Assembly: GCA_000004695.1 (NCBI GenBank)
Contig: CM000151.3
Coordinates: 2,592,001-2,656,000 of the forward strand
Direction of reading: 5' to 3'
From: Dictyostelium discoideum
Lineage: Eukaryota
Length of the DNA: 64,000 nucleotides
The position numbers and the translations under genes were made by a program. Shown here piece after piece: positions 36,315 to 50,410 of this stretch. A model generated the notes under the pieces. It searched no databases. It saw only the letters and a list, made by a program, of their open reading frames with translations, and had not been told where the DNA came from. Position 1 is the first letter of the stretch; each line of letters begins with the position of its first letter.

Positions 36315-37355
36315 TTATAATTTACTTATTAATTTATTAAAATGTAATAATTTTGGTAAACCTTGATCAACTAATTTAATTGCTTCAATAGCACAACCCC
36401 AACTTACAGTGAAACCACTACCACCATGACCATAGTTATGAACTACTAATTTTGAACCACCTTCAAAGAATTCATTTTCTAAACGAATTTCATGTCTAGC
36501 AGGACGTAGACCAACTTTAACACCTTGAATTTCAATTCTATTTTTAGCAAAACGTGGTGAAATCATGGCTACACGTTTTAAGATTTCTTCAGTATCTTTT
36601 TTAGTTGGATTTGTATTGTAATCGTGTTCTTGATTTGTACCACCTAAAACTGTATTTGTTAAACGTGGAATTACATATGCGATATGATCTTCTTCATCCA
36701 TGATTGAACGATCGGTTGAGTTTTTAATAACGATAATTTGACCACGACCTGGATAAATTGTACGATCATTGAATAATTCACGTGATCCTAAACCGGTGCA
36801 ATTTACAACTACATCATGGTCAACAAAAGCTTCACGAATATCAACGAGGTGTCTTTGTTCAATGATTCCACCTAAACTTTTGAATTGGTCGACTAAATAA
36901 TCCATATACATATCAGTGTCCATAACGAAACCGTCATCAATTGCATAACCATCTACATATCCATCTGGTAGTTCATCTTTTCTAGCTCTTCTAAATGATT
37001 TAATGTATGGTTTCCATTCTGGATCTTCTGGATGTGGACGTCTGAAAATTTCATTTACTTTCTTTGTGATTGTACCTGATTTTGGGTCATTAATAATATG
37101 ATCTTTATAATATTGCATGGTTTCTGCTGACCATTTACCAACTAAATCTAGTGGATTACATAAAAATGGATACCATAATGCTGCTGCTTTATTTGAGGTT
37201 GTATTTGGTGGTAAATCTTTGGCCCAAATTGATACACTCTTATAATTACCACTCTTTAATGCAATAATACCTGTTGATAAACCAATACAACCACATCCAA
37301 TAATTAATAAATTAATTTTTGGATTTTTATTATTATTATTTTTATTTTGATTCAT
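36315..37355 (-). CDS. D-amino-acid oxidase / D-aspartate oxidase family FAD flavoenzyme with C-terminal PTS1 (-SKL) peroxisomal signal, 346 aa
   Basis: N-terminal Rossmann dinucleotide motif LLIIGCGCIGLSTG. DAO signature HNYGHGGSGFTVSWGCA. C-terminus …NKLISKL*. Single exon. Confidence 0.85.
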   Translation of the reverse strand: MNQNKNNNNKNPKINLLIIGCGCIGLSTGIIALKSGNYKSVSIWAKDLPPNTTSNKAAALWYPFLCNPLDLVGKWSAETMQYYKDHIINDPKSGTITKKVNEIFRRPHPEDPEWKPYIKSFRRARKDELPDGYVDGYAIDDGFVMDTDMYMDYLVDQFKSLGGIIEQRHLVDIREAFVDHDVVVNCTGLGSRELFNDRTIYPGRGQIIVIKNSTDRSIMDEEDHIAYVIPRLTNTVLGGTNQEHDYNTNPTKKDTEEILKRVAMISPRFAKNRIEIQGVKVGLRPARHEIRLENEFFEGGSKLVVHNYGHGGSGFTVSWGCAIEAIKLVDQGLPKLLHFNKLISKL

Positions 37356-37751
37356 TCTTAAAATTTATATATTTTTTATTTTTAAAAATGTTAATGTGTT
37401 TTTGCCGAATTATTTTTTAAAAAAAACCTCGTTTCCTTTAGAGGTTTTTTTTTTTTTTTTTTTTATTTTATTTTTAATTTTTTTTTTTGATTTTTTATTA
37501 TTTTTTTCATTAAAAAAAAATGATAAAAAATCAAAAAAAAAATGAAAATAAGAAATTTCGGCAAATTTATTTTCACTGGTTTTGAGTGATGATATCTAAT
37601 TGGGATTGTTGGGATACCAAAAAAAAAATAAAAAAAAATAAAAAAATAAAAAAAATAAAAAACCAATAAAATAATAATAAAAATATAAAATTTAATAAAA
37701 AAAAAAAAAAAAAAAAAAAAAAACAATGTTTTTATTTTTAAATCTAAGATT

Positions 37752-37789
<38 letters not shown>

Positions 37790-38263
37790 GTATTTAAAAA
37801 AAAAAAGAAAAAAAAAGATAATCTGATTAAAGTTATATAAATATTAAAAATAATATCAAACATTGCTCATTTGAGATCGAATTAATAAATGATACTCCAA
37901 GCCATTATTTTTTTTTGTAATTTTGAATTAAATAATTAATTTTTTAACTTTGTATTTTATTAAAAAAACATAAAAAAGTGTTTTAGAAAAGAAAAAAAAA
38001 GTGTAAATTAGCAAGTTGCAACATCAATGATTTAATTTTATCAAGATTGGTTATACCATTAAAAAGTCTTTTCAATTAATATTATTTTATTTTATTAAAA
38101 GAAATTTTTTTTTTTCTTTTCTTTTTTTTTTTTTTTTTTTTTTAGAATATTTAATATTTATTTAATTAATTTAATTTTTATTATTTATTATTTATTTATT
38201 ATTTATTATTATTTATTATTTATTATTATTTATTATTTTTATTATTATTTTTATTATTATTAT

Positions 38264-41200
38264 TTAACGTCTTGGTTTTTGAGTGAGATAAACAAAGAAT
38301 AATACTGCTAAAATTGAACTACCCCAATAAGCAACAATAATTCCAAAATTTCTCCAACGATGACCATAATCCCAACCTAAACTTGTTTCGAAATAATCAG
38401 AACCTGAACTGTAAATACAATAACCACATTCGTTTGTAGTATTACTTAATGGAACAACATAACCAGTAGCTTGTTGGAGGAATGGTGCAGAATAGGTTTG
38501 ACAATCGGTACCACTTGGAGCAGTGAATTTAATTAAATCTACATCAGTACATAAAACTTCAATTGGTTTTAATACAGTAGTGATTAAACCTTCCAAGAAA
38601 TATTTAGCAGGGTTTAAATGGTATAACCAATCTTGATAGAATGAACTCATTGCTGGTGGTGGAATTTGAACTCCACAAAGTAAAAAGAGATAAAAGAGAA
38701 CAATTGGTAAAGCAGCGATTGAAATGGCGATATTAACACATGCAGCACCTAAAGCTTGAGCAAATGAAACAATATAAACACTAAACATTGTATGCATTAA
38801 CCAATAGTAAAAGTTTGCACTAGCGGTTGAATCAATACCAGAGGTCCAATAGGTTGCAATGAAAAACAAAGTACTTGATAAAACTACATATGGAATTTCA
38901 ACGGCAATCATAGACAAGGAGAATGCATGCCATGAATAATATTTACTAGCAGTATCACGTTTGAAATATTCTTTTTGAATGAAAAACATTGGTAAAACCA
39001 AATAAATCAATAATACACCAAGAATCATTGCTTCCCAACTCATAAAGATTCTTTGTTGTTGATCGGATGAACTATTTTTTAAATCATAAAAAGTGAAACC
39101 AATTACTAAACCAGATACAGCACTTTGAGCAAAACTACCCATTGTATAGAAAACGTCACGATAATAAATGATATTTAAACGTTTGTAAACCTCAATGAAT
39201 TGAGTTAGGAAACCATTTGCAAATTCTCTTGGTGGTGCTTGCTTACCATCGACTTGCAAATCACTATCTAAAATATATTTTCCCAATTCTTCTTTTGTTC
39301 TTAAAAGATCCAATTCATTGACAACATTTTGATACTCTGATGATTGTTTCCAAGCTTCTGGCCAATTAACATCGGTCTTACCATGAATACCTGCACCAGT
39401 TGCTTCTAAAATATATTCTGCTGGATTTTCACTTTCAGTACATGGACGAACACCATGACGTTCAAAGTATGATGTTAAAGTTTTTGATTTATCACCAATA
39501 TCACCGAAATAAACAGTTTTACCACCTCTAGCCAATAAAAGAATACGATCGAAATGTTCAAATAATACTGATGATGGTTGATGAATTGTACAAACCAATG
39601 GCATACCCGCATCGGCTAATTTACGAATGAATTTAATAATATTATATGATGATTGAGCATCCAAACCTGATGTAGGTTCATCAAGGAAGAGAATTTGTGG
39701 TTTTGCAACTAATTCAACACCAATTGTTAATCTTTTTCTTTCTTCAACTGAAATACCAACACCAGTTTCCAAAGTACCAATTAAAGCATCACCTAAATGT
39801 TTCATTTCCATCATTTCTAAAACATGTTCAACATATTGATATTTATCTTTTAATGGTACCCATGGTTCTTGACGAAGTTTTGCAGAGAATCTTAATGCCT
39901 CTCTAACTGTTAAACCTGGATTATGAACATCCATTTGTTCAACATAACCAGTGATACGTTCAAAATCAATTTCCAATTGCTTACCATTTAATAATGATTC
40001 ACCAGTTACAGTACCCATGGTTTTTCTTTTTGCCAATACATCGAGTAGGGTTGTTTTACCAGCACCTGATGAACCCATCAAAGCAGTCATTTGACCAGGT
40101 TTAATCCAACCCATAATATCATCCAATAGTAATTTATTTGTTCCAGCTACTGGTACAGTATAAGAAATTGATTTCCAAGAGAAAAGACCACCTCTCATCT
40201 TTAAAGTATCTTTCATATTATCAGTTGCTTTCTTTACGATTTGATTTTGATTTCTTTCTTCTTCAACATCATTTAATTTTGGAGCTTTACCTCTTTTATA
40301 TACTTTATGAGTATAACCACCACTTGTCCAATCGAAATATTCAACGGCGAATAAATTCAATCCAATATAAAATAACCAAAATAAGAAAATTACTACAACA
40401 TTTAATGCTCTATGATCACTATTAATTTGTAATGCATCCCATAAATAATTTTCACCTTTAACAGACAAAGAACCTTCAATTGAACCTGGTACTGCACAAA
40501 TTCTATGTGACATATCAGAATATGTTGAATTATTAAAATGATCAAATGGAATAGCACTATCTAAACATGAAAAATCTAAACCTTTAAATTCATTAATCAT
40601 TAAACTTTTAAATGCATATGCTAATGGATTAACTATTATTAAAAAAAAAAAAAAAAAAAAAGTTAAAATATATTTTAAATAAAGTGAAGTTAAAAAAAAA
40701 AACTTACTATAATAAGTCCATTTAAACCAAGAATGCATTTTATCTGGAGTTTGAGAATAACCAAAATAATTTACTTCAAAAATGAAAACAAAATTCATTA
40801 AATTTTGTGCAGTAAATAAAGATGGAGTAAAATTTGCAAAACCTCTAAATAATGAAGCACTTGATAATGATACACCAACCAATGTGAAACAAAATATAAA
40901 GAATTTATCAGCACGATATTCAAAGCCATACATGAAATAAACTATGAATGAATGTAAAAATACTTGAACCAATATAAATGGAATATCAATTAGAATTTGT
41001 GAAACAAAATAAGCTGAAGGACGATATAGAGCATAGCTTTTATGTTTTTGTAAGATCCTTCGACCTGATAGAGCACCGTGGAGCTCCCCTTGAGTTAAAA
41101 TACAATTGAAAATGATAGAAGTGAAAATAGCACCACCTCTTGTAAATAAACCATCCGTTGTTAATGGTTGTTGGAAATAAATACCACCAAAAATAAATGA

Positions 41201-42307
41201 TAATACAAGAATAGTTAGAAAACGTGAAGTTAATGTAAATTTATCACCCCAAGTTAAACTTAATTGTCTTTGAGTTAAAGCAATTGTTTGAGCATAAAAA
41301 CTAGAACTATATTCAGAGTTTTTAGAAGTTGTTCTACTTTTTTCATTCAATACTTGTTCTTTAAAATCAACAGATGGTTTTTGTTGTTCAACTTGTTTTT
41401 CATATTCTAATTGAGCATGTTTCATTGATTGGAATAATTGTGATTTCTTCCAAGCATCTTCTAAATCGACAGAAGTCTCTGGTACTCTACCTTCAAACCC
41501 AACTTTAACAATACGTTCTTGTGGATTTGTAATACCAGTTAAAAAATCTGGAGTTGATTTACGTGGTTCACAATCGAATCCTAAATCTAAAAAGTATTGT
41601 TTTGCCAAACCAATTGGACCAAAATAAATACAACGACCTTTATCTAAAACAATAACTTTATCGAATAAATTATAAATTGAATCTGATGCTTGATAAAATG
41701 ATGCAATTGTAGTTTTATCTAATGTATCAGACATGATTCTTAAGGATTTTGCATAATCATAGGCTGATGCTGCATCCAAACCTCTGGTTGAACAATCCCA
41801 ACATGTAATGGATGAACCTGAAACCATAGCCTCTGTAATTGTTATTCTTTTTCTTTCACCACCTGATAAACCTCTAACAAATTCATTACCAACCATTGTA
41901 TCACCTTGATTCACTAAACCATACATACTAACTAATAATTCATAGATTTTAGTTCTAAAATTTCTTTTACTTTCTTCTGGTAAACGATTACCTGGTGTCT
42001 TTAATTTTAATGTAAAATCCAATGTTTCACGAACTGTTAGAGTTGGATGATGAATATCTTCCTCACCTGTATAAAGAGTTTCACCTCTATATTTTGACCA
42101 ATCACTTGCTGCAATATTACCATATGTTACATCACCATCAACTGAAATATATGATTCACGTTGATTTGCAATTACTCTTAATAAAGTTGAACAACCTGCA
42201 CCTGGTCTACCTAATACTAATAACATTTTACCATCTTCAATAAATGCATTAATATCATTTAATATATTAAATGTATTAATTTTATTTTTATCTTTTTTAA
42301 AACTTTT

Positions 42308-42345
<38 letters not shown>

Positions 42346-42782
42346 TAAATAAATATTAATACTTGAATTCAATTTATTTTAAAAAAAAAAAAAAAATTTA
42401 AAAATTTTACTTACTAATTAAAAGGATTTAATAATTTTCCTAAAGCTTTAAATGGTGTTGAATTATCAACAATTACAGAATTATCAGCACCTTGACCAAC
42501 AACAGTTAAATTTTTAATTGAAACACCCATTTTCTTTGGTTTATGATTAATTAACATTTTTTGTCTTTGAGAATCCTCAAAATATTGTCTTAATTTAAAA
42601 TCTTCTTCATTTTCTGGTTTTCTTTCACCCAACTCAATATCATGGTTATTATTATTTTTACCACCATCAATTTCTCTAAATTTGATTGATTGTCCTTCTA
42701 ATTCTTTTGAAACATTTTCAAATTTTTCTTCAATATTATTTATTGAATCATAATCATAATCATTATCATTATTATTATTTAA

Positions 42783-42839
<57 letters not shown>

Positions 42840-42877
42840 TTCGGAAATTCTAATTGATTGAAAAGTTTTATCCTCTT

Positions 42878-42881
<4 letters not shown>
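38264..42881 (-). CDS. Full-size ABC transporter, G family (PDR-type: NBD-TMD-NBD-TMD), 3 exons, ~1476 aa
   Basis: Two Walker A sites ([11 protein letters not shown]; [11 protein letters not shown]), ABC signature [11 protein letters not shown] motif WTYYINPLAYAF. Exon 1 42415..42881 (MEEDK…NPFN, ends TA|GTAAGT), intron 42303..42414, exon 2 40708..42302, intron 40633..40707 (75 nt, stop-free and in frame, so the ORF finder reads through it as [25 protein letters not shown]), exon 3 38264..40632. Confidence 0.8.
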
Positions 42882-42921
<40 letters not shown>

Positions 42922-43500
42922 TTTATTTTTAGCTTTATGATTTGTTTTTTAGTTCGGGTTTTTTTTTTTTTAAAAAATTTAATTTAATTTAATTTAATTT
43001 AATAATATAAATTAAAATTTTATTTATTTAAATATTATTTATATTTTATTTAGTCAAAATAAAATTTATAATTTTAAATTATTGTTTTTTTTTGAAATGA
43101 TTAGAAAAATAATTTTTCAATCAATTTATATTTTTTTTTTTTTTTTTTGGTAAATTATCCTTAAACTCAAAAAATAATTAAAAAAATATTATTTTATTAT
43201 TTTTAAAATAAAAAAAAAACCTGGAGGCTTCATTAAAAAATAAGAAGCAAATAATCAATATCTAATTTTTTATTTTTAAAAAAAGAAGGGGTGTAGAATA
43301 ATGATGAATACTAATCAATTTAAAAAAGGAAATTAAAAAATATCTAATGTTTTTGTTAAATAAAATGGTTGTAGAATATAATATGTAACAATTTGCTACG
43401 CCAATTTATTATTATAATTTTTTTTTAATTTTTTTTTATTTTTTTTTATTTTTTTTTTTAAAAACCTATTTTTAACTTAAAATCGCCCAACAAATCTAAA

Positions 43501-43516
43501 AAGGTTCGCGAACCTT
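43501..43516. promoter_or_regulatory. GC-containing perfect 16-bp palindrome AAGGTTCGCGAACCTT in an AT-rich intergenic region
   Basis: Direct reading. ~600 bp upstream of the ABCG start codon (42881, minus strand). Confidence 0.5.
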
Positions 43517-44070
43517 GAAGTCTTTTGTTCTTATTTTAATTATTTTTAATTTATTTTTTTTATTTTTATTTTTTATTTTTATTTTTTAATTTATTTTTTT
43601 TAAATTTTTTGCTTTTTATTTTATTTTTATTTTTTGCTTTTTTTTGCTTTTTTTTGCTTTTTTTTAATTTTTTTTTTTTTTTCTAGACGTTTCATACCAA
43701 AACCAAACGACAACATATCAATCGTGTCATAAGAATGACATTCTAATTTTTTGTATTTATAATCAGTATGTGTTTGTTTATATGTGTGTATGTTTTTTTT
43801 TTTTTTTTTTTTTAACATCATGATTAAACTTGAGAAAAAAAAAAGAAAAAAATAAAAAAGTTTCCAATTGTATAAGTTTTTTTTCTTTTTTTTTTTTATT
43901 TTTTTTTTTTTTCGTTTCATTGGTCATATTTATTTAATTGTTATTTTCGAGCAAAAAATTAGAAAAAAAAAAGTATATATATTTTTTGTAAAAAAAAAAA
44001 AAAAAATTTTAAATATTATTTTAGTTTATTAATAAAATTAATGATGATGCGCTATTATCATTTTTTTTTA

Positions 44071-44114
44071 TTAATTTGAATTTTTACTACTACAACTATT
44101 ATTATCAAATTGAA

Positions 44115-44166
<52 letters not shown>

Positions 44167-45483
44167 TTCGTTTTCATTTAATTTATTTTCATTTAATTTA
44201 TTTGAAGTTGGAGAAGGTAATGGTGAAAGGAATGAAGGTGGTGATGAAGTTGTACTAATTGGTGTATCAATTTTTACGACGATCCAAATTGCAGTTGATT
44301 CGGCTCTAATAACACCATTTTGATCTTTAATAGTTGAGGATATAAAAATCTTTTTACCATCTCTTTTTTGAATTCTTGTTTCAACCGAACTAAAACTTTC
44401 CAATACAACAAACTTTTTATAATTTACTGATAAATTTGCTGTTACAACATAAGTTTTTGAATTTGTAATTGGTGGTATAACTATACCATTCCTATTTCCT
44501 TGTGGTTGTTCTTGTTCTTGTTGTTGTTGTTTTTGTTTTTGTTTTTGTTTTTGTAAATTTAAATCATCAAAATTATTATTATAAAAATATCTTATGCAGC
44601 ATGCCATACTATCATCAAACATGCTCGCCAAGGCACCACCATGAACACAACCAGGTGGACCTTCGCTTGTGTTTTTCCAATAAACAATACCCAATAACAT
44701 TCTATCGTCATCTTCATTTACTATACCATTATAACTTGTTCTTATATTTAATTGTTTGATACCACCACTAGTTGGACTGGCTGTTATGTCAAAATTATTA
44801 TTATTGTCAGGGTCAACTTCAATATCACCAAATATTGGGCTATTACCCTTCCAATATAATTTTGAAACAAATTTTGTATTTTGATAGACAAAATTCTCAC
44901 CTTTGAATCCTGAATTTAATCTATTGCTTGTATCATCTAATCCATTCCTTGATATTGGTCTAAGATCATACCGATTTTCATAATCTTTGCACCACGTTGG
45001 CCATTCTATATTATTATCATTTATTTGTGGTGTTTGAATTTGAATCATAGGTATTTTAAATTCTTCATGTTGTTCTTGTTGTTGTTCTTGTTGTTGTTCT
45101 TGTTGTTGTTGCTGTTGTTGTTGTTGTTCATTATTGTCACCACAACCAACTGTAGTGGTACTACTATTATCATCATTTGTATCATCAATGATTAACATTG
45201 ATTTTAATGTATCGCTTTCAATATAATCTCCACCTTTAGTTGGAGGTATTGTTAATGATGTTGCAGTTATTAATGTCATATCGTCAATCCCTCCTTCTGT
45301 TGGTTTTATATCATTATCACTAGGATTATTATTTTTTATATTATTATTATTATTATTTTTTATACTGTTATTATTATTATTATTTTTTATATTGTCATTA
45401 TTATTTAAATTAATACTTTTATCTTTACCATTTATTGTTGAAAAAATGGATTTAAAAAACGAACTAATTTTAATTGTTGACAT
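44071..45483 (-). CDS. Hotdog-fold thioesterase domain protein (PaaI/4HBT-like acyl-CoA thioesterase core) with long N/Q-rich extensions, 470 aa
   Basis: Motif PPGCVHGGALASMFDDSMA (HGG…D of PaaI/THEM2-type hotdog thioesterases). Single ORF flanked by (AAT)n and (CAA)n coding runs. Confidence 0.6.
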
Positions 45484-46383
45484 TTTTAAAAAGGAAGATC
45501 TTTAGGGTGGGGTAAAGCTCGCACAAAAAAAAAAAAAAAATAATAAAAATTTTTAAATTTTTTTTTTTTTTTTTTTTTTACTTTTTATTTATATTTTTAT
45601 TATTATTATAATTATTTGTTTTGGGGGGTTTGTTAATTTAATGTGTTTATAAAAATGGGTAGTTTTTTTTTTTTTTTTTTTGAAAAAAAAAAAAAAATTA
45701 AATTAATAAAAAATGGGAATTTTGTATTTTAATAAAGAATATAATTAAAAAAGACACCCTCGTTTTTTTTTTTTTTTTTTTTTTGTTTTTAATACTTATA
45801 ATTCAATTATTAAAAAATAAAAAAAAAAAAAAAATTTAAATAGTTAATTAAAAAAAAAAATAAAAAATAAAAAAAAATAAAAAAAAAAATAAAAAAAATA
45901 AAATAAAAAATAAAATAAAAAAAATAAATTAAAAAAAAGAAATTTCCTAAGTCCGCCTGGTGTTGTCCTATGAAATTATAAATGTTGTAAATTTCTGTAA
46001 TAGGAACTATTAATATTTTTATTTTTATTATTATTATTTTTTATCTCTCGATAACCCCTTCAATATTATTAATATCGGTATTATACATATAAAAAAAAAT
46101 AAACTTTACCAAAAATTTTTTTTTTTTTTTTTTTTTAATATATACAATTTAGTTTAGGTTAATATTTTAAATACTTCTCCTTTTTTCCCCCTTAAATGAA
46201 TTGAAAAAAATAAAAATAAAAAATAAAGAAAAAAAAAAAAAAAACAATAAAAAAAAAAAAAAAAAATAATAATATACTTGAAATGGGAATAATCTCTTCA
46301 ATAATAGTAATCACTACTAATAAAAGTTTATAAATATATTTATTGTTAATCTACTCTTTAAAAAACAAAATAAGAAAATAAAA

Positions 46384-46419
<36 letters not shown>

Positions 46420-46597
46420 AAAACCCATTAAAATTTTAAAAGATAATAATTATTGTATTATTTAATAATAATAATTTATTTTTTTATTTTTTTATTTTTT
46501 GTTTTTTTATTTTATTTTATTTTTGTTTTTTTGTATGCATTTGCGTATATATATATTTTATTTTATTTAAATTTTAATTTTTTAATTTTTTTTTTTT

Positions 46598-47784
<1,187 letters not shown>

Positions 47785-48074
47785 TTTTATTTTTCATTGA
47801 AATAATTAGGAATTGGGAATCGCGAAATCAATAAGAATTTAAAAATCTTTTTTTTTTTTTCCTTTTTTTTTTATTTTTTTTTTTATTTTAATTTTATTTT
47901 TTATTTTAATTTTTTTTTTTTGCATTTCATATTTTTTCATTTAAAAAAAAAAGTTGTTTTTTTTTATTTTTTTTTTATTTTTCATAAAAACTCACTTAAA
48001 AACACACATATTATTATTTAGTTAGTAATAGTTATAAAACAAATTGTATATTAATTTAAAATCAAATAAAAGAA

Positions 48075-48294
48075 ATGGACGTTCAAACTAAATGTAACAT
48101 ATCAAATTATAAAATTTATTAATTTTTTTTAAAAAAATTAATTTAAAATTGGCCACCAATACTGATATATTTTTTTTTATTTTTTTTATTTCCTTTCTTT
48201 TTAATTAGACGGAGCTGGTCAAAATAAAGTATTAGGTGGTGCCAATCAAAAAAAGATTGTTGAATCTGAAGAAGATATTGCTCGTATGTACATC

Positions 48295-48328
<34 letters not shown>

Positions 48329-48942
48329 GAAAAAAATTATAATAATTCATTCTAATATTTTTTTTATTTTTATTTTAATTTTTATATTACAGTCCCAGAA
48401 TTAAATCCATCAGTACCACAAGCAATTCAAAGAGCCAGAAATGCTTTGAAAATGACACAAAAAGAATTAGCATTTGTAAGTTTTTTTTTTTATTTTAATT
48501 TAATTTTATTTCAATTTCTAACTTTATCACCATTATATTATTACTATTTAAATAGAAAATTAATGAAAGACCAGGTGTAATCAATGAATATGAAAGTGGT
48601 TCTGCCATCCCAAGTCAAGCTGTTCTTTCAAAATTAGAGAAGGCTTTGAATGTTAAATTAGTATGTTGTTTTTTTTTTTTTTTTTATGTGTAAATTTTTT
48701 AATTGATTTTTTATGTTGATTTTATTTTATGTGGTATATTTTTTTTTTTTTTCTATCTTTTTCTTCTCAATCTCTCTTTTTTTTTTTTCCATTGTTCACC
48801 CCCTTAATCACCAAAAATCCCCACAAAATTTTTTTTTTTATTTTTTATTTTTTTTTTTCAAATTATTAGAATTAAATTATTAACATAATACTTTTATTTA
48901 AAAATTACAGAGAGGAAAAGAAATTGGCAAACCACTCAAATA
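48075..48942 (+). CDS. mbfA: Multiprotein bridging factor 1 (MBF1, HTH/XRE transcriptional coactivator), 5 exons, 104 aa
   Basis: Exons 48075..48093 (19-nt first exon ATGGACGTTCAAACTAAAT|GTAAC), 48209..48283, 48393..48475, 48556..48660, 48910..48942. Protein [104 protein letters not shown] carries the MBF1 hallmarks (KYGAGQNK; HTH …TQKELA..INE.P.VI.EYE.G.AIP; KLRGK). The 104-aa length matches what I recall for the D. discoideum MBF1. Confidence 0.75.
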
Positions 48943-49088
48943 AATAGCCAATGTTCAATTAAGAGCCCACTTTAATTATTGAAAGGATTAATCAAATATA
49001 GAAATATACAATGTACTCCCCTTGACCCCATTAACCACACTCCCCTGACCCCTTACCCCACACAAAAAAAAAAAAAAAAAAAAAAATG

Positions 49089-49123
<35 letters not shown>

Positions 49124-49933
49124 TAACCAATAAATCACTTGGTTAAAAGTGAATGTAAATTTATTATCTCACACAACATATTTTCTTTTTTTAGATTTGT
49201 GTGTATTTTTTTTTTTTTTTCAAAAAATTTTTGCGTTTGTTGAACAAAATTAATGTTCCTATCAATGGAATTATTTATTTTTTTTTTTTTTTCTATTTTT
49301 AAAACACTTTTTTTATTTTTTATTTTTTTTTTTTTTTTTATTAATTTTTTTTTCTTATGATATGTTTGAAAATGATAAAAATGCCCAATTCAAGATAGTG
49401 AATGATAATTGTAGAGATTGAGAAAAAAAAAAACACTTTTATTTAAATTTATTTTTTATTTTATTTTATTTTTTTTTTTTTTTTTTTAATTATTTATTTT
49501 TTTATTTTTTAATTTTTTTTTTTTTTTTATTAATTTTTAATATTCATTTAATTTTTTTTTTTTTTCTAATATTAATATTATTTTTTGAATTAGGATTTGA
49601 TAGTAAGAAAGGTAAATTCATTTAAAATCCCTAATTCTAAATAAATATTATTTTTTTTTTTTTTCTATCATTACCTTTTTAGTATAATTTTCTTTTTTTT
49701 ATTTTAATTTTTTTTTTTTTAGAATTTAATTTCTTTTTTATTTAAATTTATTTTTTTAATTTTTAAAAGTTTTCTTTTCTTTTTTTTTATTTTTTTTTTT
49801 TTTTTATTTTAAAAATAATTACTAATATTAAAAATAAAAATAAAGATAAATTAAATTAAATAAATAAATAGATTAAATTAAATTAATAAATTATAAATAA
49901 AGAAAACCAAAAAAACAAAAAAAAAAAAAAAAA

Positions 49934-50410
49934 ATGGAATCAAAACAAATGGAAATTCCAAAAGAAGACCCATGGGGATTATGGAAAGCTGAATGGAAAA
50001 CTTGGTGGGGTGATGTTTTAGGAAATGACATGTTAAAGAAACAAGGTTTGGAAGAAAGAACTAAACTTAGAGGTCACCTTAAAGGTACTCCATTGAACAA
50101 ATCACCAAGTTTCAAAGACGAAAATATAGCCGCTTCAATTAATATTGGTGTTCATGGTAGTAAATTTGAATCAAATGCAACAAATACATCCCAGTCCACT
50201 TTCTTCCCAGAATGGAAAGCTCCTTCATTTGAACGTAATTCTGCTGATGATTTACTTTTGTATGTAGATTATTTTAAATTTTTTTTTTTTTTTTTTCAAA
50301 ATTATTATTATTATTATTTACTAATAGTTATTATTATTATTTTTATTACTAATAAATTCAGGAAAAAAGAGAGAGAAAGAAAAGAAGCAATAGGTTCAGG
50401 TAGCCTTTAA
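49934..50410 (+). CDS. Hypothetical small Trp-rich protein (~124 aa), 2 exons
   Basis: ORF MESKQMEIPKEDPWGLWKAEWKTWWGDVLGN…SADDLLL, then donor TT|GTATGT at 50260, ~100-nt AT intron, acceptor ttcag| at 50361, and exon 2 (L)KKERERKEAIGSGSL*. The tool ORF reads through the intron. Confidence 0.45.
   Translation: MESKQMEIPKEDPWGLWKAEWKTWWGDVLGNDMLKKQGLEERTKLRGHLKGTPLNKSPSFKDENIAASINIGVHGSKFESNATNTSQSTFFPEWKAPSFERNSADDLLLYVDYFKFFFFFFQNYYYYYLLIVIIIIFITNKFRKKERERKEAIGSGSL

Noticed and set aside
48815-48832. CCCCACAAAA resembling the Dictyostelium ncRNA promoter element DUSE (A/TCCCAYAA)
   Set aside because: Sits inside mbfA intron 4. The sequence 60 bp downstream is pure AT with no RNA-like structure.
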